Positions 1 to 9,255 of a stretch of DNA of 64,000 bases are shown piece after piece. The DNA lies in assembly GCA_035084275.1 (NCBI GenBank), contig CM068753.1:8432001-8496000 (forward strand), in the 5' to 3' direction. A program made the translations under genes and the position numbers. The DNA comes from Hydrolagus colliei (Eukaryota). Each line of letters opens with the position of its first letter. Position 1 is the first letter of the stretch. The notes beneath the pieces were generated by a model that worked only from the letters and a program-made list of their open reading frames with translations, did no database searches and had not been told where the DNA came from.

Positions 1-259
1 ATCCACAGCATCTGGAACTCAAGTATACTTGAATTATCATTCTTTATCTCGCTCTTTCTTTAAAATTGTCTTTAAAGCATAATGCACGCACCCTGCTCCT
101 CCATACATGCAAGCATTAGGCATTGTCCCTTTGTTTAATTTGGCCAAAGATCTTTTGACTTAATATATTACTGAATAATAATCAAAAAAATATACAGTTG
201 CTAACCCTGTTAAACAGATGTAGCTCTGTAGCTAACAAATCCTGTCCTAAATGTTCCAG

Positions 260-558
260 CAAGGCAGAAAGAAGGAAAAAAAGAGAAGTGGCTGAAAAAC
301 TTCCTGAAGTGTCAAAAGAAACATACTTTGATGTTGCCGTGAATTTAAAAGAAATCTTCAGTTCAAGTACCAAAGACGAAGGAAACACTGAGGAGAAGAA
401 AGAAGATGATCAGCATCAAAAAGAGGCTGTAAAATTACATGAAGATTCAAGTGCCCAGAACATAGCGAGCGCCTTTCCTAATACTCCAAAGGAAGAATCT
501 GCAGGATTTAAGTTTTCATTCTTTGACATGGATGCCACGCTTACTGTTCCGAATAAAG
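260..558 (+). CDS. NOL8: NOL8 (nucleolar protein 8) internal coding exon; gene 5' part lies outside window
   Basis: ttccag| acceptor, |gtaaaa donor; encodes KAERRKKREVAEKLPEVSKETYFDVAVNLKEIF...GFKFSFFD, matching remembered human NOL8 EKLPEVSKEMYYNIAMDLKEIF...GFTFSFFD. Confidence 0.9.
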
Positions 559-1115
559 GTAAAATAAATAGGGTGGTTTCCTTCAGGCTACTTTTCGTTC
601 TGTGGCCAGAAAAACTTTATAGACATCATAACAGCTAGAAAATAGCAGACTTGCCATTTCTTGTTGCTGTAGATGTTTATATTTATCAACAACATTACAT
701 TTGTATAGTAATTTGTATAGTATATATACATTTGTATACTGCCTTTCATGTTGGGAGGACGTCTCAAAGCGCTGGACAATGTTTCGGACTGGTGGTAGTC
801 ATTTCGATTTTGGAGAATGGCAAATTTTTTGAGATTCAAGTGCTTGTCTGCTTGAATCAGTGCCAGGCTTGTAATAGGGCAGATGCAAAGTGAGGCCAGT
901 CCATGGCCTAAGGAAATCATGCCATAATTGGCAAATTTCGGGGCAGTAATCGGGATAAGGAGATCTGGCATAACGCACAACTAATTGTGATGCACGTAAA
1001 TCGATTCTTCCCTATTCAGAGAAGCAGCTGATATCTGAATCTAAGCAATGGGGAATCAGACTTGTTCTCTGTGTGACAAGCTGACTTTATTTATGATCAT
1101 CTTCTACTGTTTCAG

Positions 1116-1242
1116 AACTCTACAAGGCTGAGTCACTAAATGTAGCCAAAGTTTCCTGGATAGAAGATCCTCGATTCCAAGATAGTTCCTCTGAGGAAGA
1201 GGAAGAAGATTTGAAAGGTCAAGATGACACCATGGCACAAAG
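1116..1242 (+). CDS. NOL8: NOL8 coding exon
   Basis: tttcag|...|gtaaat; LYKAESLNVAKVSWIEDPRFQDSSSEEEEEDL (human WQEDPRLQDSSSEEED); phase consistent. Confidence 0.9.
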
Positions 1243-1836
1243 GTAAATCTAAACATATTGTGTTTCAGTTTGTAAATGTACTGATCTTTTCTGTGGGTTA
1301 CACTATCAAAATGATCATGTACCCAGCATAACCATTGTGAGGAATTCACATGGGTAATCTAAGATTATGCAGAATTATAACAAGGTCTTAATTTGAGAAC
1401 TGTTTTTCTGCAGTTGTTGAATAATCACTTTCTAAATTAAACTGAATTTAATAACTGCAATTTAAAATTCAAGACAAAAGATGTGCTAGAATTTTGAACC
1501 CTCTGAGGGTTTGATTGTGGCTGTGAATTGAGCACATTGTTAACATGCGACAGAGTGATTACAGTGAGCCACTTGGCTTTGTTGATCATTTCAGAAATTA
1601 CCTGTAATTAATTAGTGACATTGTAATGTGATAATAATAACTCATTGAAGAATATGCATCCGGTTAAACCAATTCCTGACAAGTGTACAACTTGTCTTTG
1701 TTTGGCAGGGAGTTTGATTTCACTGTGTTTTGATGTTCAGGGTCACCTTGTGTCCTAATGTTAACAATTTCGAAGGATCGTGGCAATTACATCCCTGTTT
1801 ACCATAGTAACACCTTTTTCTCCAATTTTATTTTAG

Positions 1837-1904
1837 TGTTGAACCACTTCTTGAGAAGAAAGTAAATTTGTTTTTCTTTTTTAAAGATGACCAGAGGCTA
1901 AAAG
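1837..1904 (+). CDS. NOL8: NOL8 coding exon
   Basis: ttttag|...|gtaagc; VEPLLEKKVNLFFFFKDDQRLK (human LLEKETTRFFFFSKNDERLQ). Confidence 0.9.
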
Positions 1905-2036
1905 GTAAGCGGATCTGCAAGTCAATTAGAATTAATCCAAACCTGTTACAGTGCGTTACAACATGTGCGTTAATGGACATTTCTGCAACTTCATAGTTTT
2001 AATGAATAAAATTTTATTTCTCTTTGTTTTGTTTAG

Positions 2037-2119
2037 ATGGCCCTGAACTATTTTGTCATACTGCAGACCTTGAAGTTCAAAGAGATGATTGGGAAGAAAA
2101 GCGAACTTCATTAATTGAG
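2037..2119 (+). CDS. NOL8: NOL8 coding exon
   Basis: gtttag|...|gtaccc; DGPELFCHTADLEVQRDDWEEKRTSLIE; phase consistent. Confidence 0.88.
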
Positions 2120-2405
2120 GTACCCAAGTGTTCTTTAAATATTTTTTTTATTGGGCAAGGTGCAAATGGCAGAGATTAATCTGATTGTATTTTCACCTTG
2201 GTAGTTAATGTCAGTAGTTGCATGTAGTAGACACATTTTAAGAACCGAGTGAGTCCAGTGGAATTCAAAATCTCTGGTCGGTGCTCAGCTGACCGAGTGA
2301 GCCACGTGGGGTGTGTATTTATATTGGCTTTGCTTGAGGAAGATAATGTGACATTTTGTAACATTGTCTAAAAGATGTTCTTGAATTTTTCTTCCCCTTT
2401 TTCAG

Positions 2406-2489
2406 GAATACAGAAAAAAGCACAAAGATGCACGGAGGAAAGTAAAAGATAAACGATATATGGGAGTTTTAGGGGAGATGTTTAAGTGA
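2406..2489 (+). CDS. NOL8: NOL8 last coding exon (stop TGA 2487-2489)
   Basis: tttcag| acceptor; EYRKKHKDARRKVKDKRYMGVLGEMFK* (human ends CRKKHKDAKRKMKPK). Confidence 0.9.
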   Translation, partial: EYRKKHKDARRKVKDKRYMGVLGEMFK

Positions 2490-2814
2490 CGTGCTAGGAA
2501 AGCAAGGAAATACGTCAGATCATAAACGGGTCTGTTTGCATTTGACAATTTGACCTTGTATTAGTTGATACTGTACATCATTTTAACTTCATGTCCCAGT
2601 GTATCACCACATTTCTGAAAGGTGAGAGCTCCTGATCTTTGCCAAGTTATCGTGAAAACCTCTTTACCGCAATCGAAAAACAATGAGCAGAACACACCGC
2701 CGCTAACACAGTCAAGGGGATATTGAGAATGGGCACAGGAGATGGTGATGGAAGAAGATAACAACTATAGCTAGCTAGCTAACAATCCTTATCACAGTAT
2801 TGAGACCCCTCAAA

Positions 2815-2941
2815 ATGATTTCCAGGGACAGAGAAACTTCTCTTTTCAACCAGTTCCATGGGATAATTAACATCCACTTGAGCAGAGAGATGGGACCTCA
2901 ATTTAATATCTCGTTTGAAGGATGGCACTTCCGACTATGCA
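2815..2941 (-). mobile_element. Deu-domain SINE fragment (SacSINE1-like)
   Basis: Reverse complement resembles the Deu core (gtgccatccttc..gagatattaaa..gaggtcccatc..gtggatgtt..tcccatgg), also seen at 12240-12310 and 23850-23960. Confidence 0.55.
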
Positions 2942-3261
2942 ACCCCCCCCCCCCCCCCCCTTCATCACTGTAATAGTTTGCATACAAGTAGTCACCACAC
3001 TTTATACCCTGTGAAGTGCTTTGGGATGACCTGCTGTGAAAGTGGCTTCACTAGCTTTAAGTATCATTTATTAAGTCCATGTGTATTACTGTATCTACTT
3101 CAGATTGGCTGCTGGGGGAAAGTCAGGTATTTGATTATATTGCTGGTATCAAGCCCTTATCCCTTCACTGATTCTAGTCCCCAACACAGGTGTGTGAACC
3201 CTAACCAAACCAGGGTGGCCTGAAGGCTTGTGCTGAATGGGAACATTTTCTATTGTAAAAC

Positions 3262-3362
3262 AAAAAGAGAAATGGCTGGGAATACTCAGCAGGCCAGGCA
3301 GAATCTATGGAGAGAGAAAAAGTGAGTCAACGTTTCGTGTCCACGACCCTTTGTCAGAACTC
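3262..3362. mobile_element. Penelope-like element remnant (chondrichthyan 'ctggaaatactcagcagg' repeat) with degenerate minimal hammerhead on minus strand
   Basis: gctgggaatactcagcaggccaggcagaatctatggagagag...aacgtttcgtgtccacgaccctttgtcagaac; related internally deleted copy at ~15950-16035. Confidence 0.55.
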
Positions 3363-4542
3363 AAACATTTTCTATTATAACTTGGCCATTATGTGCCTCC
3401 AGTGCCTTGGGACGGCCTCCCATCTGAAAGATGCTATACAAATGTCAGTTTGTTGTTTTCATTATTTGTTTGTATTAAAAAAAAGCTTTGTGTACAATGC
3501 ATTTTTCCCACTACACCAGTAGGAGAGCTGACCAAAGACTATTGTATTTGCCAATTTACAGTTGCAATGCTGATTATGTATATTGCAACCCCTAGTTTTA
3601 TTAACCGTGTTGACATGCTTTCTGTCTGTGTGTGTTTGCTGATGCAGGAGCCTGTAAAGCCTGACTGTTTTTATAGTAACTTGCATCATCTTTGACTTGA
3701 CTAAGCAAACCAGTATCATGGACATGCGCCTGTGGCTTAAAGTGACAGCAGCAGCTGCAATCGCTCGTCCAGTGGATCAACTTGTGCTTGAAGGGAGAGG
3801 TGATGCATTGATTGACAATTCTTGGATTATTTTGTAACATTGGAACGCATTTATCTTGAGATGGGATGCGAGAAAGGTGCAGTAATGAGGTGCATTTATT
3901 CCTGCAAAAATTGATCTTGGGACTAACATTTGATGAAAGGCAGGAATCACTTGATTTTTAATTAGAACAAAATGGGGGTAGATGTCGATCATAATCGCTG
4001 CTGCGTGAATAAATCTGAAGTTTGTATATCCAATTGCAAAAGTTGACCCTGCAGTAATGTGATCCAAAGGCACTGATAGTTGTAACCAGATCTCATTTAA
4101 GCAGCAGTCAGCCATGTGAGACAAGTTCTAACTTGTTAACGAGTAACGCCCGTTCTCGCTGCTGAGAGAGAGTATGAAAATGTCCTGTGTGTAGTGATCA
4201 TGTTGAAGGATTTCTCCTTTCTCTGCTCACTGGACGAATCCCATCGCAGAAAAGCAGCGGAAGCGGCGGCTCGTGTGATTGACATGAAGGGGAGGGGGAG
4301 ATACACAACCGCTGCAGCTCTGTACAGAAAAACAACTGGAGCTTCAGTAAAGCTGCCGACAGCCACAATTACCGTGGTCACTTCGCTCTGCATTGAAATC
4401 TACCAGCCCACATCTCTCTCAGCCTCACTTGCACATTTTAAAAAGCTCAAAGAAACATTTTCTCCCGAAGCTTAAACATGAATTGTTCCATTTTTTCCAC
4501 CATCTTTGAAAGTGAGCGTCTGGTGTCAAAAGTAAATATCTC

Positions 4543-4566
4543 CACACACACACACACACACACACA
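4543..4566. repeat. (CA)n microsatellite
   Basis: Directly visible. Confidence 0.95.
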
Positions 4567-4723
4567 GCGGCGCCTCGAGAGGTTTCACTACAAATCTGAT
4601 TTTTTTTAAAAAAACAGCAACTTGTATTTTGAAAGCTGACGGTATTAATCAAGAGTCGAGCTGCAAACTGAACTAAGCAGTTTATAGGGAAAAAAACAGG
4701 AATACAACCATAAAAAAACAGGT

Positions 4724-4729
4724 TTTATT
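4724..4729 (-). terminator. Candidate polyadenylation signal (AATAAA) of the CCER1/HEXIM-like gene
   Basis: tttatt on +, ~180 nt downstream of the minus-strand stop, followed on minus by T/G-rich sequence. Confidence 0.6.
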
Positions 4730-4906
4730 AACAAATATACAAAACATTGGTCACAACCGCGGTACAATGTTGAGGTGGTGCCTTCATCTGTGGCTAGGGA
4801 GTTTGACACCCCCTCCCCCCGCATACCCCACACACAGCCTGGATTGATTTACAGATTTTCCCCTGAAACCGTGTGTATAATAAACCTCCCAATGTCAGCC
4901 TCACAT

Positions 4907-5485
4907 TCACACCAGGGCGCTCCAGAAGGCGGCGAAGTCGCGCTGCATGAAGTGTTCACTCTCTATCACATCGTCTTCTGACGGGAAGTACTGCAGGCTC
5001 TGGTCCTGATCAATCGATCCGAAAAACCTAATACGGAACCGATTGTCCTCGGCCAAAGGAGACGTGGCGCAGTCCAGGGCGCCCCGGGCGTTCTCCAACA
5101 CCCCCAGGTAGGCGTCAATGTCCAGGTCCAGCTCCACCTCGTCAGCCCCGCTCTCGCTGCCGGTGGAGTCTGACCTCATGTGCATCAGCTGGTATTTCTC
5201 GTGCATCAGGAACTGGTTGGTGTTCCTGGGCGCCCGGTTGCCCCGCAGGTTGACCGGCCGTAAAGCCACCCCTTGGGGGCGTGTTGACGGCGCCTGTCCA
5301 TGGCCACGGCCGCCACCCACTCTAGGGATTTTACCGAACTCCGCCCTTCTCCGCCGCCTGTGCCAGCGAGGCTTGCCCCGGCCTCTCCGGGGTGGCTCTG
5401 CTCTACTCCCGCAGCCTGGCTTGCCCACATCTGACCGCCCTTCCCTGGCCTCCCACTCGGCAGCACCTTCTCTGCTGCCAGACAT
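4907..5485 (-). CDS. Intronless CCER1-like / HEXIM-related protein, 192 aa
   Basis: GC-rich intact ORF with Kozak-like ggaATG; LRPVNLRGNRAPRNTNQFLM resembles CCER1 (LRPVNL...RAPRNTTQFIM) and HEXIM PYNT region; Arg-rich N-terminal motif, acidic middle, C-terminal FMQRDF; own TATA promoter and polyA signal. Confidence 0.85.
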   Translation of the reverse strand: MSGSREGAAEWEAREGRSDVGKPGCGSRAEPPRRGRGKPRWHRRRRRAEFGKIPRVGGGRGHGQAPSTRPQGVALRPVNLRGNRAPRNTNQFLMHEKYQLMHMRSDSTGSESGADEVELDLDIDAYLGVLENARGALDCATSPLAEDNRFRIRFFGSIDQDQSLQYFPSEDDVIESEHFMQRDFAAFWSALV

Positions 5486-5778
5486 TCCTGCCGTGCTGTG
5501 TGACTGCGGCGCTTATCTGTTCACATGCTCTGTAGGGTTGGTTCCGTGCCCGCAAGCACCTGAATTCAGTCTACCTTTTGACTACAGTCTCTGACTTTTT
5601 CTTGCCCCAGCGCCTCTTGCAGTGCATGCCCTGCTGTGGCTGCTCTTTATAACCCGCACCAGCCTTAGGCTTAATAACAAAAACAAGTGAGCGCTCGCCT
5701 TCTCTGTCTCCTCGGAGAAAACTTGTAGAGATAAAACAGCTGCTTAAAAAAACAACAGAGTGTGAGCTTGGCCTCTGC

Positions 5779-5839
5779 TGCAAACTAACAGCCTCTTTTT
5801 TTTTTTTTTTTTTTTAAACTAGTGCAAACTAACAGCCTC
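5779..5839. repeat. 17-bp direct repeat (tgcaaactaacagcctc) flanking T20 + aaactag
   Basis: Copies at 5779-5795 and 5823-5839; T-run 5796-5815. Confidence 0.85.
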
Positions 5840-5854
5840 AGACACAAGCTCAGT

Positions 5855-5940
5855 GTAATGAGAGTCGCTCGTCTTCGGGCAGCTCTTTATAAATACCCCC
5901 ACAGCCCCGCCCCCACCCCAGCGCCGTCTCCGCCAATCAG
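5855..5940 (-). promoter_or_regulatory. Core promoter of the CCER1/HEXIM-like gene
   Basis: Minus strand TATTTATAAAG (~5885-5895), GC box GGGGCGGGG just upstream, CCAAT at ~5933, Inr-like CTCATT ~30-35 nt downstream (~5859); second TATAAA at 5646-5651. Confidence 0.6.
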
Positions 5941-6779
5941 ACAGCGAGGCCCCTCGTGGACCAGTCCATGTGCTGCAGCCCTCGGGGGGCGGGGGGAGGG
6001 AGAGCGCCTCTGATTAAATATTTCTAGTTCTTTTCATTTTATTTTCATACAAAAAAACCAACATTCCACAAATCGATATCTTTCAGTCACCTCTCCCCTC
6101 CCTCAGGCCAGAGAGCCTTTTGTCAACAGTGTCGGGGTCAGAAAGCAAATTCCTCCCTTCCTGCCTCTTTGTGCAGTTGCTCTGGTCCTGTGTCTAGCCC
6201 CCCCCCCCTCTCCCCATTTAATTTAACTTTACTGGGCTAAAGTTATTTGTGTAAAGTTTGTTGTCATATATTTTGAAAGTTAAATGTTAAACCTGCATTG
6301 GCAATTGTTTGCAAAGGTGATTTTTTTTTACCAAAAGATGTTAAGCGGATTGGTTGGTGGTGGTTGCCTGGTTTGGACCAGCTCCATTTCTTACGTGACT
6401 CTGAGCTGCTCTGTGCTTTGTTTACAAGAACATTTGGAGGCGGGGGCACGGCTGTACAGTACTGCACACACGGTCACGTTTCCCACAGTTCAACCCCAAG
6501 CACTTTGAATGCAGTTAACAAAATAATTTGCAACTTCTCTTTGGGTGGTGGGGGGTGGGGGTGAGATGATTTTTTTTAACGTAGGGGGAGGCAGATGGAG
6601 GTTTGGGAAATGGCAAATGAAGCTGAGACTGAAAAAATATGGTGTTTGTTATGGACCAGATTTGGGGTATGAAACACCATGCTCGATAATAATAATTATA
6701 ATATTTAATAATCAATCAAAACTTACATTTATATAGTGCTTTTCATGTCGAGAGGACGTCCCAAGGCGCTGTTCAGTTA

Positions 6780-7160
6780 GGTAGGGACAAGGGCGGGGGG
6801 GGCGGGGGGGGGGAGGGGTCGGGGCAGGATGAAAAAGAGTAGGAAAATTGACTGTATATTTGTGGGCGAAACGCGGCAGCCAAATTGCGCACGGCAGAGA
6901 TCCACAAACAGTTGCGGAAATGGGGCCAGGGGAGAGAGGAAAAGAGGGTAAGGGGGGAGAGGGAGGGAAAGGTGGGAGAGGGAGGGAAAGGTGGGGTGGG
7001 GGTAAAGTCAGGGAGGAAGAGGGGTTGAGAAAGGGGGATAAGGGAGAGAGGGAGGGAAAGGTGAGAGGGGTGCAAGATCAGGGAGAAAGGGGGGAAAGAG
7101 GGAAGAGGAAAAGGGAGGAGAAAGTGGGGAAAGGGAGTGAGGGAAGAAGGGGGGGGGGGA
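6780..7160. repeat. G/A-rich polypurine low-complexity tract interleaved with SINE remnants
   Basis: Long GGG/GGA runs; SINE tail at 6715-6775 and SINE body at 6845-6915 (minus). Confidence 0.85.
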
Positions 7161-7369
7161 TGGCCAAAATTCAATAAATATAACAATAACTATTATATAT
7201 AATATTATTATATTTGTTAATAATTAAATGGCCATGTGTTGGGTTTGGCTGTGAGCTGAGAGTCCAATGTGTCTGTTGCCCCTGTATGTGGTGCTCACAT
7301 AGCAGGTGAGCTCAGGTGTGGGCAGGTGTGGAGAGGTACCCACAATGCAAATCTGCCCCCCCCCCCCAA

Positions 7370-7480
7370 GACTCTCAGCCAATAGGGGCCAGGATTGGGC
7401 CAGGGTGGCTTTCGGTCAGATGGCCAATGGGAGCGGCGGGTGTTGGTTTGAAGGCTGTCGCTGATTGGTGGAAAGCTCCC
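7370..7480 (+). promoter_or_regulatory. IARS1 CpG-island promoter with multiple CCAAT (NF-Y) boxes
   Basis: CCAAT 7379-7383 and 7424-7428, ATTGG 7394-7398 and 7464-7468; CpG-rich 7430-7800; no TATA seen. Confidence 0.7.
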
Positions 7481-7499
7481 GACCCGGCTCTCGGTGTGA

Positions 7500-7611
7500 C
7501 TGTTACAGAAGCTACAGCCCCGGCCTCGCCTCACAGCCAGTCACCGCCTGTCAGCTCCGATCCTGTCTGCTTGACAGCTCCACTCCGACCCGGCGCCACG
7601 GCCACCGGTAG
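7500..7611 (+). other. IARS1: IARS1 non-coding exon 1 (start approximate)
   Basis: CpG-rich segment ending in tag|gtgagt donor (alternative ccg|gtaggt 4 nt upstream); ATG lies in the next exon as in mammalian IARS1. Confidence 0.65.
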
Positions 7612-7748
7612 GTGAGTGAGAGCATCGCGGCGGCCGGCTCCGAGCCGCCGGCTGTTGAGACGCCGAGGCCACGCTGCTTGTTTGGGGAGCGAGGCTGCCG
7701 GTGGGTGGTGGTGGGGGGGGGGGGGGGCGAGGCCTGACCCGGCATCTG

Positions 7749-7757
7749 ATTGCATCA
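7749..7757 (+). promoter_or_regulatory. C/EBP-ATF (amino-acid response) element ATTGCATCA
   Basis: Exact AARE/CARE consensus (TGATGCAAT on minus) in the CpG island of intron 1. Confidence 0.65.
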
Positions 7758-7836
7758 TCCAATAGCTGAGCTCGCGGCGTGGGGCTGGAGATGTGCTGCT
7801 CAGGGAACGAGAGGCTCAACTGACATCAGTTCCATT

Positions 7837-8025
7837 NNNNNNNNNNNNNNNNNNNNNNNNNNNNNNNNNNNNNNNNNNNNNNNNNNNNNNNNNNNNNNNN
7901 NNNNNNNNNNNNNNNNNNNNNNNNNNNNNNNNNNNNNNNNNNNNNNNNNNNNNNNNNNNNNNNNNNNNNNNNNNNNNNNNNNNNNNNNNNNNNNNNNNNN
8001 NNNNNNNNNNNNNNNNNNNNNNNNN
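7837..8025. other. Assembly gap (189 N)
   Basis: Directly visible. Confidence 1.
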
Positions 8026-8099
8026 AGATGAATCGGTCCTTCATTTGCTGACCGTTTTCAGCACCTGATGTGCAAATAGCTGCCTAAAGTTATTATCGA

Positions 8100-8409
8100 T
8101 AATAATGCTTACTTTTGATAGCGTGTTATCACATCCTGGAGATGTCTCAAAGTGCTTCACAGGATACAGTATAATGTAGTGTGAAGTGAATTGACTTGTC
8201 TGTTTTGCCGGTCAAAAGCATGGATTAAGTAAACAAATTATAATTCTTTGTTTGAAGGGATTATTAACCCCGGAAAAGTGATCTGCCGATCGATTAACAC
8301 CTGGGTTGCTACTTCCTGCGTGTGGAGTAAGAAACTCGCCTCACCTTTCTGCCTGGGGATCAAACCCGCCTGGCTTGCGAGGCGAGCGCGCTGACCACGA
8401 CAGGACTCC
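8100..8409 (-). mobile_element. tRNA(Ala)-derived SINE, degenerate copy
   Basis: Minus strand begins ggagtcctg..gctcgcctcgcaagc..ggtttgatcccc; L2-like tail at 8100-8200; same family as 58781-59096. Confidence 0.7.
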
Positions 8410-9136
8410 AATGCCTCGTTGTTTTGTCGAACTTCCTTTCTTTTTACTCTAGTAGTTTTAATTTATTGCTGATTTGCAAAGATCGATAGTTGTCCATTTG
8501 AAACCTTTCAGAATTTTGAACACCTGAATTAGATCCTCTCCCATGAATGCACTCAAAAGCACTGACTAGACTTTTCAAATACTGTAAGTGTCAGTTGTAG
8601 TTTGAAAAGTTATTTTGATGTTTTCTGTTGCACTTGACAGGTGCACAAGTAGATTTTAATTCCTGAAAGATACGTTTGGCAAATATTAATTTGGGTTTAG
8701 ATTTTGATGGGATTAATTAAGGATGGAGAGAGAGGAAGGCAAATCCACCCCAATAACCAGCTCGGACAGGTTTGGTAAGGGAGTAGCTTATAAGTTTATA
8801 GCCAGACCACAAGACTGCTTCAAGGCGTTTAGTAAATCCTCAGAATGTTTAAACTGCCTAATATGCATCTTGTCATACCTGAGGGCTATAGGGTGATTGC
8901 TTCCCACCAGTATTCCACTTGGACGTATGTCCTAAGGAATGTGATGCCGAGGCAAGCAATCTGGTTAAGTAACCAGAAGTATTCTGTCTATAACGCTATA
9001 GGGAGGCAGCGCTCAGATAATATCTTGTGTGAGGGGTCCAATATAACTGCTGTAGTCGGATGTTGACGTTTTCTGCAGTGTTCACCAATATTAAATACTC
9101 TTTAATATTTTCACTCCCAATCAGGTACCATAAAGA

Positions 9137-9255
9137 ATGGTTCAGCCAGTGCCAGAGACTATTAACTTCCCCGCAGAGGAAGAGCGAATCCTTCAGATTT
9201 GGAAACAACTGGATTGTTTTCAGGAATGCTTGAAACAGTCCAGAAACCGCCCTAA
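9137..9255 (+). CDS. IARS1: IARS1 exon 2 (acceptor at 9124, ATG 9137)
   Basis: [40 protein letters not shown]; |gtgagt. Confidence 0.95.

Noticed and set aside
1-22. End of an upstream NOL8 exon (aa|gtatac)
   Set aside because: Phase would fit, but the donor is weak and the peptide is too short to verify
5118-5594. 158-aa plus-strand ORF (and the 86-aa alternative-frame ORF 5206-5466)
   Set aside because: Shadow ORFs of the GC-rich HEXIM/CCER1-like CDS; no motifs or own signals
4660-5786. gctgcaaact at 4660-4669 and 5777-5786 as a retrogene TSD around the intronless gene
   Set aside because: Only 10 bp, no adjacent poly(A) remnant, and the predicted promoter/TSS lies outside; likely chance
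6773-7186. Pro-rich and Gly/Glu/Arg-rich ORFs
   Set aside because: Translations of the low-complexity polypurine tract
7750-8068. ORFs containing X runs
   Set aside because: Artefacts of the N gap
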